Sequence record: LR595867.1
Direction: 5' to 3' (one strand)
Source of the DNA: Escherichia virus Mu_3F6
DNA: 37,126 bases
Shown: one piece after another, positions 1 to 8,992 of the stretch
Layout of the letters: each line of letters starts with the position of its first letter
How positions within the stretch are numbered: position 1 is the first letter of the stretch
Notes under the pieces: model-generated
Database searches by the model: none
What the model saw: the letters and a program-made list of their open reading frames with translations, nothing else
Told to the model about the DNA's origin: nothing
Program-made: the position numbers and the translations under genes

Positions 1-149
1 CCAGTGTAAGGCTATCTCCTGCTGCCGGGCTGGCACCGGTGTCCGTCACGAATATTTTGAAATCACCTGTTGCCTGACCGGTGACGTTGAGCTGATCGCT
101 CTGATGATTAGCCATATCGGTACGCATATAAAAATTGCCGTTTCCCGAC
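1..149 (-). other. host flanking DNA; partial open reading frame on the minus strand running up to the prophage junction
   Basis: Lies left of the Mu-type terminus at 150. The minus-strand frame has no stop across all 149 bp (reads ...QSGNGNFYMRTDMANHQSDQLNVTGQATGDFKIFVTDTGASPAAGDSLTL leftwards). Host gene not recognised. Confidence 0.35.
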
Positions 150-330
150 TGTATTGATTCACTTGAAGTACGAAAAAAACCGGGAGGACATTGGATTATT
201 CGGTATTTGGCGGGATTAGATTTAGTGGGGCTTGCAAGCCTGTAGGACAGATTTTAGCCGTTACATCTTGAAACGCGAAAGATTGTTGGAAACAGCTTTT
301 GATTCATTAAAGACACGAAAAGCAATTACT
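150..330 (+). repeat. prophage left end (attL) with transposase end-binding sites L1-L3
   Basis: Terminal TGTATTGATTCACTTGAAGTACGAAAAA (150-177) plus internal CGAAA-containing repeats (TTGAAACGCGAAAGA near 277-292, TGATTCATTAAAGACACGAAAAG near 301-323) fitting the MuA end-site pattern. Confidence 0.8.
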
Positions 331-488
331 TCACGCATCATTTCAAGTACAGCTTCAAAAATGCTTCAAAAACGGTAACAACCAGGCTTTCAGCAAGTGA
401 TGTGTGTCAAAAACAATCATCACTGTTTGAGTATCTTACATATGTAATTACCTGGAGTGAAGTTTATGTCTTAGCTATTACCTGGTTG

Positions 489-1013
489 TTATACAGCTTT
501 CTTTACATCGTTTTCTCTTACAGGGAAATTATGTTCTTTGCCTTCATACTGAGACAAAATCTCTCTCACTTTTTCCGGTGGTAATGCCTGAAGAGTTTGC
601 AGGGTTTTCTGTTGCTCCACAGTAATCCCTAATGCCTCTAATGCCTTATCTTTACTGACAATTGTAGGCATAAGTCCTTTAATCCCTGCTACACGAATGA
701 TCTCCACTGCTGCGGCCTGCTCATCTGGTGTTAAGAAACTCATTGCATAAATTAGCCTCTCATCAACTGTATGGACGATTGATGTATGCACTGGTTTATC
801 AGAAAGTGAGGCTCCTTTAATGGCCCTGCGTGTTTCTTCTGGCAGACTGTTGATGTGATACTCATAAGCGACACCTTTCCCACCGTGACGCTGACGTTTT
901 ACCCAATCTTCCGCCACAGCTTTCCTGGTAATGTTAGTCGCCAACTTTGGTACACCAGGCATCCCTTCCAGCTCTTTCGCATTAAACCATTCTTTGATTT
1001 CAAAAGACATCAT
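489..1013 (-). CDS. c: immunity repressor c (D108-like variant, 174 aa)
   Basis: Leftward ORF at the left end, divergent from ner-A-B; N-terminal region resembles the N-terminal DNA-binding region of the A transposase in this window ([20 protein letters not shown]). RBS AGGA upstream of ATG. Confidence 0.8.
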   Translation of the reverse strand: MMSFEIKEWFNAKELEGMPGVPKLATNITRKAVAEDWVKRQRHGGKGVAYEYHINSLPEETRRAIKGASLSDKPVHTSIVHTVDERLIYAMSFLTPDEQAAAVEIIRVAGIKGLMPTIVSKDKALEALGITVEQQKTLQTLQALPPEKVREILSQYEGKEHNFPVRENDVKKAV

Positions 1014-1198
1014 TTAAAATCCTAGTGATTTCAATAGAGACAAAATAAATTCATATAAAAATCATGCTGTTATATGAAATCATGATAAATCCTTTCAAAT
1101 CACTATTGATTTAAAAATGATTCCACACTACATTGCACGATATGCCGTGAGCTACTTTATAGCGTAGCTCACGGGGGAATCTGAAAGGATTACATGAA
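1014..1198. promoter_or_regulatory. operator / early promoter / transposition enhancer region between c and ner
   Basis: AT-rich divergent intergenic region with repeated TGATTT/AAATCA motifs; position equivalent to Mu O1-O3, Pe and Pc. Exact sites not resolved. Confidence 0.6.
1145..1174. promoter_or_regulatory. perfect 11-bp inverted repeat with 8-bp spacer (CCGTGAGCTAC-TTTATAGC-GTAGCTCACGG), candidate Ner operator
   Basis: Seen directly, 25 bp upstream of the ner start; matches my recollection of the D108 Ner binding site architecture. Confidence 0.55.
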
Positions 1199-1420
1199 AT
1201 GCATATGAATAAAAGAACTAACCGCCAAGATTGGCACAGAGCTGACATCGTTGCAGAGCTACGAAAACGCAATATGTCACTAGCTGAATTGGGAAGATCT
1301 AATCATCTTTCGTCTTCAACATTAAAAAATGCTTTGGATAAGAGATATCCGAAAGCGGAGAAAATCATTGCAGATGCACTGGGAATGACACCGCAAGATA
1401 TTTGGCCGTCTCGATACTAG
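1199..1420 (+). CDS. ner: Ner, negative regulator of early transcription (73 aa, D108-like)
   Basis: Small basic HTH-like protein directly upstream of A; RBS AGGA 9 nt upstream; position and size as in Mu/D108. Confidence 0.8.
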   Translation: MHMNKRTNRQDWHRADIVAELRKRNMSLAELGRSNHLSSSTLKNALDKRYPKAEKIIADALGMTPQDIWPSRY

Positions 1421-1427
1421 GTGCGCT

Positions 1428-3416
1428 ATGAAAGAATGGTATACAGCAAAAGAGTTGCTCGGTTTGGCAGGTTTACCAAAGCAAGCCACTAACATTACAC
1501 GTAAGGCACAAAGAGAAGGCTGGGAGTTCAGGCAGGTTGCAGGGACTAAAGGTGTATCATTTGAATTCAATATCAAATCATTCCCTGTCGCATTACGTGC
1601 TGAAATTCTGTTGCAACAAGGGAGAATTGAAACAAGTCAGGGGTATTTTGAAATCGCCCGCCCCACGCTGGAAGCCCATGATTATGATCGTGAGGCACTG
1701 TGGAGCAAATGGGATAACGCCAGCGATTCCCAGCGCAGACTTGCTGAAAAATGGTTGCCTGCGGTTCAGGCTGCAGACGAAATGCTGAACCAGGGGATTT
1801 CAACGAAAACGGCTTTTGCGACCGTTGCAGGGCATTACCAGGTCAGCGCATCCACTTTGCGGGACAAGTATTACCAGGTACAGAAGTTTGCGAAGCCTGA
1901 CTGGGCGGCTGCACTTGTTGATGGACGTGGAGCATCCCGTCGCAATGTTCACAAAAGTGAATTTGACGAGGATGCCTGGCAGTTTCTGATTGCAGATTAT
2001 CTGCGACCGGAAAAACCCGCCTTCCGCAAATGTTATGAGCGTCTGGAACTGGCAGCCCGCGAGCATGGCTGGAGTATTCCCTCCCGTGCCACGGCCTTTC
2101 GCCGGATTCAGCAACTGGACGAGGCAATGGTTGTTGCCTGTCGTGAAGGTGAACATGCACTGATGCATCTGATACCGGCACAGCAGCGAACTGTGGAACA
2201 CCTGGACGCCATGCAGTGGATCAACGGCGACGGTTATCTGCATAACGTCTTTGTACGCTGGTTTAACGGTGATGTGATCCGTCCGAAAACATGGTTCTGG
2301 CAGGATGTGAAAACCCGAAAAATTCTGGGCTGGCGCTGCGATGTGAGCGAGAACATTGATTCAATTCGCCTCTCGTTCATGGATGTTGTGACTCGCTACG
2401 GTATCCCGGAGGATTTTCACATCACCATTGATAACACCCGTGGTGCTGCGAATAAATGGCTGACGGGAGGCGCGCCCAATCGCTACCGCTTTAAGGTAAA
2501 AGAGGACGATCCAAAAGGACTGTTTTTACTGATGGGGGCGAAAATGCACTGGACAAGCGTTGTTGCCGGTAAAGGCTGGGGCCAGGCAAAACCTGTTGAA
2601 CGTGCTTTCGGTGTTGGTGGGCTTGAGGAATACGTTGATAAGCATCCGGCACTGGCTGGCGCATATACGGGGCCTAATCCGCAGGCAAAACCTGATAACT
2701 ATGGCGACCGCGCTGTTGATGCAGAGCTGTTTCTGAAAACCCTTGCCGAAGGTGTGGCGATGTTCAATGCCAGAACAGGCCGTGAAACAGAAATGTGCGG
2801 AGGCAAACTTTCGTTTGATGACGTTTTTGAGCGTGAATACGCCAGAACGATTGTGCGTAAGCCTACCGAAGAGCAAAAACGGATGCTGTTACTGCCTGCC
2901 GAGGCAGTGAACGTTTCACGTAAAGGCGAGTTCGCGCTTAAAGTTGGTGGCTCCCTTAAAGGTGCGAAAAACGTTTATTACAACATGGCGTTAATGAATG
3001 CCGGAGTAAAAAAAGTTGTGGTCAGATTTGATCCACAGCAGTTACACAGCACGGTTTATTGCTACACCCTTGACGGTCGGTTTATCTGTGAAGCGGAATG
3101 TCTGGCACCTGTTGCGTTTAATGATGCTGCGGCAGGCCGTGAATATCGCCGCCGCCAGAAACAACTGAAATCTGCGACGAAAGCAGCAATTAAGGCACAG
3201 AAACAAATGGATGCACTGGAAGTGGCAGAGCTGCTGCCGCAGATAGCCGAACCTGAAGCACCAGAATCACGAATTGTCGGCATTTTCCGGCCTTCCGGTA
3301 ATACGGAACGAGTGAAGAATCAGGAGCGTGATGATGAATACGAAACTGAGCGTGATGAATATCTGAATCATTCGCTGGATATTCTGGAACAGAACAGACG
3401 TAAAAAAGCCATTTAA
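1428..3416 (+). CDS. A: transposase A (MuA, DDE transposase, 662 aa)
   Basis: Near-identical to recalled MuA over most of its length, ending ...[13 protein letters not shown]; N-terminal ~60 aa diverge (D108-like). Confidence 0.97.
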   Translation: MKEWYTAKELLGLAGLPKQATNITRKAQREGWEFRQVAGTKGVSFEFNIKSFPVALRAEILLQQGRIETSQGYFEIARPTLEAHDYDREALWSKWDNASDSQRRLAEKWLPAVQAADEMLNQGISTKTAFATVAGHYQVSASTLRDKYYQVQKFAKPDWAAALVDGRGASRRNVHKSEFDEDAWQFLIADYLRPEKPAFRKCYERLELAAREHGWSIPSRATAFRRIQQLDEAMVVACREGEHALMHLIPAQQRTVEHLDAMQWINGDGYLHNVFVRWFNGDVIRPKTWFWQDVKTRKILGWRCDVSENIDSIRLSFMDVVTRYGIPEDFHITIDNTRGAANKWLTGGAPNRYRFKVKEDDPKGLFLLMGAKMHWTSVVAGKGWGQAKPVERAFGVGGLEEYVDKHPALAGAYTGPNPQAKPDNYGDRAVDAELFLKTLAEGVAMFNARTGRETEMCGGKLSFDDVFEREYARTIVRKPTEEQKRMLLLPAEAVNVSRKGEFALKVGGSLKGAKNVYYNMALMNAGVKKVVVRFDPQQLHSTVYCYTLDGRFICEAECLAPVAFNDAAAGREYRRRQKQLKSATKAAIKAQKQMDALEVAELLPQIAEPEAPESRIVGIFRPSGNTERVKNQERDDEYETERDEYLNHSLDILEQNRRKKAI

Positions 3417-3454
3417 TTAACGTTTAAACAAAATTTAATTACGAGGTTATTCAG

Positions 3455-4393
3455 ATGAATATTTCCGATATTCGCGCAGGACTGCGCACGCTTGTAGAAA
3501 ATGAAGAAACCACCTTTAAACAAATTGCTCTTGAGAGCGGACTTTCTACCGGAACTATCAGTAGTTTTATCAATGATAAGTACAACGGGGATAACGAGCG
3601 TGTTTCACAAATGCTGCAACGCTGGCTGGAAAAATATCATGCAGTTGCAGAACTACCTGAACCGCCCCGCTTTGTGGAAACGCAGACGGTAAAACAAATC
3701 TGGACAAGTATGCGTTTTGCCAGCCTGACTGAAAGTATTGCTGTTGTATGTGGCAATCCTGGTGTGGGCAAAACCGAAGCGGCCCGTGAATATCGCCGCA
3801 CCAATAACAATGTCTGGATGATCACCATTACGCCATCCTGTGCCAGCGTTCTGGAATGTCTTACTGAACTGGCGTTTGAGCTGGGAATGAATGACGCACC
3901 ACGCCGTAAAGGGCCGCTCTCCCGCGCCCTGCGACGTCGCCTTGAAGGTACACAGGGGCTGGTTATCATCGACGAAGCTGATCATCTTGGTGCCGAAGTT
4001 CTGGAAGAACTCCGCCTGTTACAGGAATCAACCCGTATTGGCCTTGTGCTGATGGGAAATCACCGGGTTTATTCAAATATGACGGGGGGTAACAGAACGG
4101 TTGAATTTGCCCGTCTGTTTTCCCGTATTGCAAAGCGCACTGCAATTAATAAAACCAAAAAAGCCGATGTAAAAGCTATTGCGGATGCCTGGCAGATTAA
4201 CGGCGAAAAAGAACTGGAGTTATTACAGCAGATTGCGCAGAAACCAGGTGCGCTTCGCATTCTGAATCATTCACTTCGCCTTGCCGCCATGACGGCTCAC
4301 GGTAAAGGTGAGCGTGTTAACGAAGATTATCTGCGTCAGGCTTTCCGTGAATTAGACCTGGACGTTGATATTTCAACGCTGCTGCGTAATTAA
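3455..4393 (+). CDS. B: transposition ATPase / target DNA activator B (MuB, 312 aa)
   Basis: Walker A GNPGVGKT and Walker B VIIDEADH; size and position as MuB. Confidence 0.95.
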   Translation: MNISDIRAGLRTLVENEETTFKQIALESGLSTGTISSFINDKYNGDNERVSQMLQRWLEKYHAVAELPEPPRFVETQTVKQIWTSMRFASLTESIAVVCGNPGVGKTEAAREYRRTNNNVWMITITPSCASVLECLTELAFELGMNDAPRRKGPLSRALRRRLEGTQGLVIIDEADHLGAEVLEELRLLQESTRIGLVLMGNHRVYSNMTGGNRTVEFARLFSRIAKRTAINKTKKADVKAIADAWQINGEKELELLQQIAQKPGALRILNHSLRLAAMTAHGKGERVNEDYLRQAFRELDLDVDISTLLRN

Positions 4394-4408
4394 GAAGGAG
4401 AAGAAATT

Positions 4409-4636
4409 ATGATGGCCCGAAATATAAAAATGGCAACGGATGCGCAGAACTGGTTACAGGCGCGCGGGAGTCATGTAAATGAATCATATCTCGGCGTGGC
4501 GCGTCCGATTCTTGAAATCACTTACCCACCGGTGGAACTGGTAAAAAACGCGGTCAGAATTATGGAGCATAAGTCCGGGGTGGCCCGTTCTGTATGGACG
4601 GCCCGTCTTAATGGTTGCCAGATTATCTGGAGATAA
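4409..4636 (+). CDS. early-region small protein (75 aa), position of Mu kil
   Basis: Strong RBS AAGGAG before ATGATG; first gene after B. Assignment as Kil is positional only. Confidence 0.55.
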
Positions 4637-4638
4637 CG

Positions 4639-4869
4639 ATGTGTATTAAAGCTGAAAAATATATTGAATGGGTTAAACACTGTCAGTGCCACGGGTTGCC
4701 GCTGACGACATATAAATGCCCCGGATGTGGTGAACAGATTATGACGCAATGCTCACCCGAAAAGGAAATTCGGGATTCCCTGACATGTTGTCCGTGGTGC
4801 AGCGCGGTTTTCTTTAAGCAGGTAAAAGGCGCGAAGGTAAAAGCCAGCGCAGTTATTCAGAATCAATAA
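4639..4869 (+). CDS. Cys-rich early protein (putative zinc-binding, ~76 aa)
   Basis: CxxC...CPGCG...CCPWC pattern; ATG at 4639 preceded by GGAGA (preferred over the track start at 4615). Confidence 0.55.
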   Translation: MCIKAEKYIEWVKHCQCHGLPLTTYKCPGCGEQIMTQCSPEKEIRDSLTCCPWCSAVFFKQVKGAKVKASAVIQNQ

Positions 4870-4880
4870 GGAGAAACAAA

Positions 4881-5150
4881 ATGGCAAAGGTTATCTTTGA
4901 GTTTACATGGCTGGAAAGTAGTGACGGTTGCAATGGGCGCAGAGAAGTTCTGGATGCAAAAGCATGTCTTGCAGATATCTCGCCAACGGAAAATACCGGG
5001 CCTCATGATTTACTGGCAAATATCGTCCTGACTATGGCTCCTGAAATTATTAAAAAGGCCAAAGATGAGATGCTGACCACTATGAAGAAAGTGGGTATGG
5101 AAGCTGAATGTGATTTAGTACCACATCCGGTGAATGCGGTTAAACATTAA
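4881..5150 (+). CDS. early-region hypothetical protein (89 aa)
   Basis: RBS AAGGAGA upstream; tightly packed in the early operon. Confidence 0.55.
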   Translation: MAKVIFEFTWLESSDGCNGRREVLDAKACLADISPTENTGPHDLLANIVLTMAPEIIKKAKDEMLTTMKKVGMEAECDLVPHPVNAVKH

Positions 5151-5170
5151 TTCGCAAAGGAACGCTGACA

Positions 5171-5590
5171 ATGAACGTCAAAATCCGAAATGAAATTCAG
5201 GCATTAATCCGAATTCAGGAACGCAATAACAACGGTGGTGAATTACGCGAGTTTATTTGCGCCAGGAAAGTTGATGATTGTGGTGAAAAGACGTACCTGA
5301 TTGCTTTCGACCATTACAGCATCTGTGCGCGTTATTGCGGCGAAAGCATATCCCGCGCCATTGCATTTGGAGGTGCGTTCAACGTGGATTTATGGGAGTA
5401 CGTCATGGACCGGGAATACATCTGCGCATCAGACCCTGAAGCCCGTGAAATGTGGCAGCGTATCTGGCGCGATTACCGGTTAATGGCAAAAGGCTGGGCG
5501 CGCTGCTGTTATTCCTCGCTTGCCCTGAAAGCGGTTCAGTTATCGCTGCGACATATTCCGGCACCACTGCGCGAGCCTCTGCTGTACTGA
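5171..5590 (+). CDS. early-region hypothetical protein (139 aa)
   Basis: RBS AAGGAA upstream; operon context. Confidence 0.55.
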   Translation: MNVKIRNEIQALIRIQERNNNGGELREFICARKVDDCGEKTYLIAFDHYSICARYCGESISRAIAFGGAFNVDLWEYVMDREYICASDPEAREMWQRIWRDYRLMAKGWARCCYSSLALKAVQLSLRHIPAPLREPLLY

Positions 5591-5890
5591 ATGGTGGCTG
5601 ACATGAAGTGTAATCGTAAGCGCTGGTCACGCGAAGACCGGGAATTTATCGAAGCCAACGTCGGGAAAATGACCGTTGAAGAAATGGCGGAAAAACTGAA
5701 AGTCGCCACAACCGCCCTCCGGGCACATGCCAGAAGGCACGGAATATCATTGTGTGTATACCGAATCAGTGAGCACGACAAATATTTGTGTCGTGAACTT
5801 TATAAAGAAGGGCTGGATATTCATGTCATTGCCCGAAAGATGGAATTAAGCAATCGGGCTGTATCCAGCATTGTATACAGCGGATATTAA
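5591..5890 (+). CDS. early-region hypothetical protein (99 aa; start may be ATG at 5603)
   Basis: ORF abuts the stop of the previous gene; basic, helical. Confidence 0.5.
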   Translation: MVADMKCNRKRWSREDREFIEANVGKMTVEEMAEKLKVATTALRAHARRHGISLCVYRISEHDKYLCRELYKEGLDIHVIARKMELSNRAVSSIVYSGY

Positions 5891-5909
5891 TTAACAGGAG
5901 CTTTAATTT

Positions 5910-6434
5910 ATGGCTAAACCAGCAAAACGTATCAAAAGTGCCGCAGCGGCTTATGTGCCACAAAACCGCGATGCGGTGATTACCGATATTAAACGCATCG
6001 GGGATTTACAGCGCGAAGCATCACGTCTGGAAACGGAAATGAATGATGCCATCGCGGAAATTACGGAGAAATTTGCAGCCCGGATTGCACCGATTAAAAC
6101 CGATATTGAAACCCTTTCAAAAGGTGTTCAGGGATGGTGTGAAGCGAACCGCGACGAACTGACAAACGGCGGCAAAGTGAAGACGGCGAATCTTGTCACC
6201 GGTGATGTATCGTGGCGGGTCCGTCCACCCTCAGTAAGTATTCGTGGTATGGATGCAGTGATGGAAACGCTGGAGCGTCTTGGCCTGCAACGCTTTATTC
6301 GCACGAAGCAGGAAATCAACAAGGAAGCGATTTTACTGGAACCGAAAGCGGTCGCAAGTGTTGCCGGAATTACAGTTAAATCGGGAATTGAAGATTTTTC
6401 CATTATTCCGTTTGAACAGGAAGCCGGTATTTAA
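5910..6434 (+). CDS. gam: Gam, host-nuclease inhibitor / DNA-end binding protein (174 aa)
   Basis: Matches recalled Mu Gam in size and sequence; RBS AGGAG. Confidence 0.9.
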   Translation: MAKPAKRIKSAAAAYVPQNRDAVITDIKRIGDLQREASRLETEMNDAIAEITEKFAARIAPIKTDIETLSKGVQGWCEANRDELTNGGKVKTANLVTGDVSWRVRPPSVSIRGMDAVMETLERLGLQRFIRTKQEINKEAILLEPKAVASVAGITVKSGIEDFSIIPFEQEAGI

Positions 6435-6532
6435 TACCACCATTAATATTTAATTAATTCACATTCTTTTAATTATGGCGCGATGCGTCAGGGGATTGCT
6501 CGCGCCTGAAACAGATTACTGAGGAATAAAAC

Positions 6533-7063
6533 ATGGTTGATGCAAAAATTCTGAATGGTGTCAGCACATTATTACGGGCTTACGGACGCCTGACCTGCGG
6601 AGTTCTGGCTGAAAAAATGAATATGCTGCCCTCGTCAATGGTGTATTTCCTGCGTGATGCAGTTGATGCCGGAGTGCTCACCGAATGCAACGGATTTTAT
6701 GACGTTCCGCGCCCGCGTCCGACGCCGCCTGTAAGACGAAACGTAACTGAGCAGCCTGCTGTTGATGATGCGGTGTGGTGCAACTGGCGTCGCTCATTAC
6801 CCTGGGTGGAAGGTAATACCATCCCCGCGCTGGCAAAAGAGTTTGCGACGGGCGTACTGACCTGTGAATCCGTTCACATCGTTGCAGAAGTGGACAACAG
6901 CATGTGCGAACAGGGTATGCCCCGTTTTGTGATGGCTTATATCGATATCCGGCTGGGGCGTTTTATTTGCAGTTCAAGCGCCTGGAATATCACCGACCAT
7001 GTACTGCGTTATCTCATTCTTGATTGTTCTCCGGTTCCCGCAGCGGTGCAGGAGGTGGCGTGA
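6533..7063 (+). CDS. early-region hypothetical protein (176 aa)
   Basis: RBS GAGGA upstream; operon context. Confidence 0.55.
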   Translation: MVDAKILNGVSTLLRAYGRLTCGVLAEKMNMLPSSMVYFLRDAVDAGVLTECNGFYDVPRPRPTPPVRRNVTEQPAVDDAVWCNWRRSLPWVEGNTIPALAKEFATGVLTCESVHIVAEVDNSMCEQGMPRFVMAYIDIRLGRFICSSSAWNITDHVLRYLILDCSPVPAAVQEVA

Positions 7064-7593
7064 TGTTTTTTAAAACGTCAAATTCCGCAGCACTGCTGGC
7101 ATGGGACCAGTTTATGGCGGACTGCCTGAAACTACGCGAAGAAGCCCGCCATCTTGATAAGGTTCTGGGCTGTGGTTGCCGGTCAGTATTCAGCACAGGT
7201 ATTGGTGGGCGTCATTTTCATGGCGTGAATTTTCCGGGGAATGAGCGCCCCTTCTCGCGGGAGCTGTGGACCGTACAACGGCCCGCATCAGGTAACAGTT
7301 GCAGGCCCAGAACTTCACGGATACCTGCTCATCTCAGGGAGCAGGCAAGAGAGCTGGCGAAAATATGGCAGGAGAATATTCCGGTCACTTACGCCCGCAC
7401 AGACGCTCTTTTACCCGCACTGGGACTGGATTTCAGCGCAACAATATTCGGGCCGCTCCAGTGGTTCCGTGTTGGTGATGTGATTTACGTCATGACGGGG
7501 ATGACACCCGCACAAGGCCGCATGACTGAAATCCTTTCTGACGAATTTATCCGGGCGCAAAAACAGGCGGAGGTAAACAATGGAAAACAATGA
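7063..7593 (+). CDS. early-region hypothetical protein (176 aa; start moved to ATG 7063)
   Basis: GGAGG RBS 7 nt before ATG at 7063; the track start at 7024 overlaps the upstream gene. Confidence 0.5.
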   Translation: MFFKTSNSAALLAWDQFMADCLKLREEARHLDKVLGCGCRSVFSTGIGGRHFHGVNFPGNERPFSRELWTVQRPASGNSCRPRTSRIPAHLREQARELAKIWQENIPVTYARTDALLPALGLDFSATIFGPLQWFRVGDVIYVMTGMTPAQGRMTEILSDEFIRAQKQAEVNNGKQ

Positions 7594-7772
7594 AAAACAA
7601 TGAAACATCGTATTCGTGGCTGGGGAAATTTACCACGGTGAAACAGGAATGCCCGACCTGCGGTAATGAATCTCCTGAATATCTGAAAGAGTGCCCTCAT
7701 TGTGGCGGGCAGAAATGCAACCACTGCGATATGGGCGATGACACGGCGTGCATGAATTGTGAAGGTGAATAA
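7590..7772 (+). CDS. small Cys-rich protein (60 aa, zinc-ribbon-like)
   Basis: CPTCG...CPHCGG...CNHC...CMNC; start overlaps upstream stop (ATGA). Confidence 0.45.
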   Translation: MKNNETSYSWLGKFTTVKQECPTCGNESPEYLKECPHCGGQKCNHCDMGDDTACMNCEGE

Positions 7773-7773
7773 T

Positions 7774-8064
7774 ATGAATAATGAAACTAAATTTACGCCT
7801 AAAGACCTGGATGAAGAACTGGTGAAAGCTAAGATGCTTGAGCGTATGCGCGATGTTATTGAGACTGCAATCAGTAAAGGCTTTTCTGCGAGAGAGGCCC
7901 TTGAAATTATGACACGGGAAATTCATCTCATACGCGACGAAGTTTTGTTGCATAACAAAAAAGCCCACAACAATATTGTTTGTCGTGAGCTTGGCGTTGA
8001 TGATTCAGCGGTTATTCCACAGCGTCAGTATCTGTGTGCTCTGATGAGAGGTTCCCGGCATTAA
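7774..8064 (+). CDS. early-region hypothetical protein (~96 aa)
   Basis: ATG at 7774 preceded by AAGGTG; its 3' end overlaps the convergent minus-strand ORF 8012..8371. Confidence 0.45.
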   Translation: MNNETKFTPKDLDEELVKAKMLERMRDVIETAISKGFSAREALEIMTREIHLIRDEVLLHNKKAHNNIVCRELGVDDSAVIPQRQYLCALMRGSRH

Positions 8065-8371
8065 CAATATCCTGCCTTGAAGCCCAGAGCTTATTGAGCA
8101 GCAGATCAACATACTCATCGGCCTCAAAATCCAGTTCTTCGAACGTTTTTCGGTTCTTATAGCTGGCCTGTGTATTTCTGATGATGTCATAAGCATCGTG
8201 CATGTTGATAACACCGTTTTCAATCAGCTTAATCATCAGATTACCGACCAGCATAAAACCGGTTATACCAAAGAATTTATCCTGGTTATTAACAGGGGTG
8301 TCTTTCTGGTTTGTTTCGAAATCTGGGTTTTGTTCATCATCCGACACCGTATGTTGTTCTTGTTCAGCCAT
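8012..8371 (-). CDS. acidic hypothetical protein (119 aa) transcribed against the early operon; candidate acquired gene
   Basis: Leftward ORF with RBS AAGGAAA about 7 nt upstream of ATG; region visibly AT-rich; Asp/Glu-rich product. Confidence 0.5.
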   Translation of the reverse strand: MAEQEQHTVSDDEQNPDFETNQKDTPVNNQDKFFGITGFMLVGNLMIKLIENGVINMHDAYDIIRNTQASYKNRKTFEELDFEADEYVDLLLNKLWASRQDIVNAGNLSSEHTDTDAVE

Positions 8372-8440
8372 AATATTTCCTTTTATGTTATTACTGAATA
8401 TGGCGGTGTTGCAGCACCGCCTCTTTCCGGAGGTACGATC

Positions 8441-8992
8441 ATGAGTCGCACATCCCTGATTAAATTAATCCATGTCGCCCGTCGGGAGCTACAACTCGAC
8501 GACGACACTTACCGCGCTTTTCTGATGCAGAAAACGGGCAAAATCAGTTGCCGCGAGCTTACGGTTACGCAACTGGAACAGGTGCTCGATGCCATGAAAG
8601 AACGCGGCTTTAAGAAGCTGAATAAATACCCCCGTCGCCGCTTTAAGGAACATGTCACACCCCGCGAGAAGGTGTATAAAATCTGGCAGCAGATGGCAGA
8701 AGACGGTTTTATTACCGATGGCGGTGATGTGGCGCTGGACAGATATGTTCAACGCCTGACCGCGAAACGCAACGGCGGACAGGGTGTTTCCACACTGGCG
8801 TGGTGTCATGGCGACACGCTGCTGACAGTCCTCGAAACACTCAAACAGTGGCACATCCGCTGTATTCGTGAAGCCTTTTCCCGTCACGGGCTTCCATTGC
8901 CGGTCAGTCCGTCCGGTCGTGAACTGCGCGGCTATGATGCCATGACGGCGGCTTATGCCCATGCCAGAAAGACACGGAGGATGGCACAATGA
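8441..8992 (+). CDS. gemA: GemA-like early protein (183 aa)
   Basis: GGAGG RBS before ATG at 8441; directly precedes mor as in Mu. The upstream part of the track ORF 8198..8992 is rejected as an extension. Confidence 0.7.
   Translation: MSRTSLIKLIHVARRELQLDDDTYRAFLMQKTGKISCRELTVTQLEQVLDAMKERGFKKLNKYPRRRFKEHVTPREKVYKIWQQMAEDGFITDGGDVALDRYVQRLTAKRNGGQGVSTLAWCHGDTLLTVLETLKQWHIRCIREAFSRHGLPLPVSPSGRELRGYDAMTAAYAHARKTRRMAQ

Noticed and set aside
6477-6506. Inverted repeat GGCGCGA...TCGCGCC with 16-nt loop between gam and the next gene
   Set aside because: Only a 7-bp stem with a long loop and no following T-run; could be incidental. Not convincing as a terminator or operator without further evidence.
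8198-8440. N-terminal 81-codon extension of the gemA ORF (track ORF 8198..8992)
   Set aside because: The extension reads through the start and RBS region of the convincing minus-strand ORF and has a junk-like hydrophobic composition; a GGAGG RBS precedes the internal ATG at 8441.
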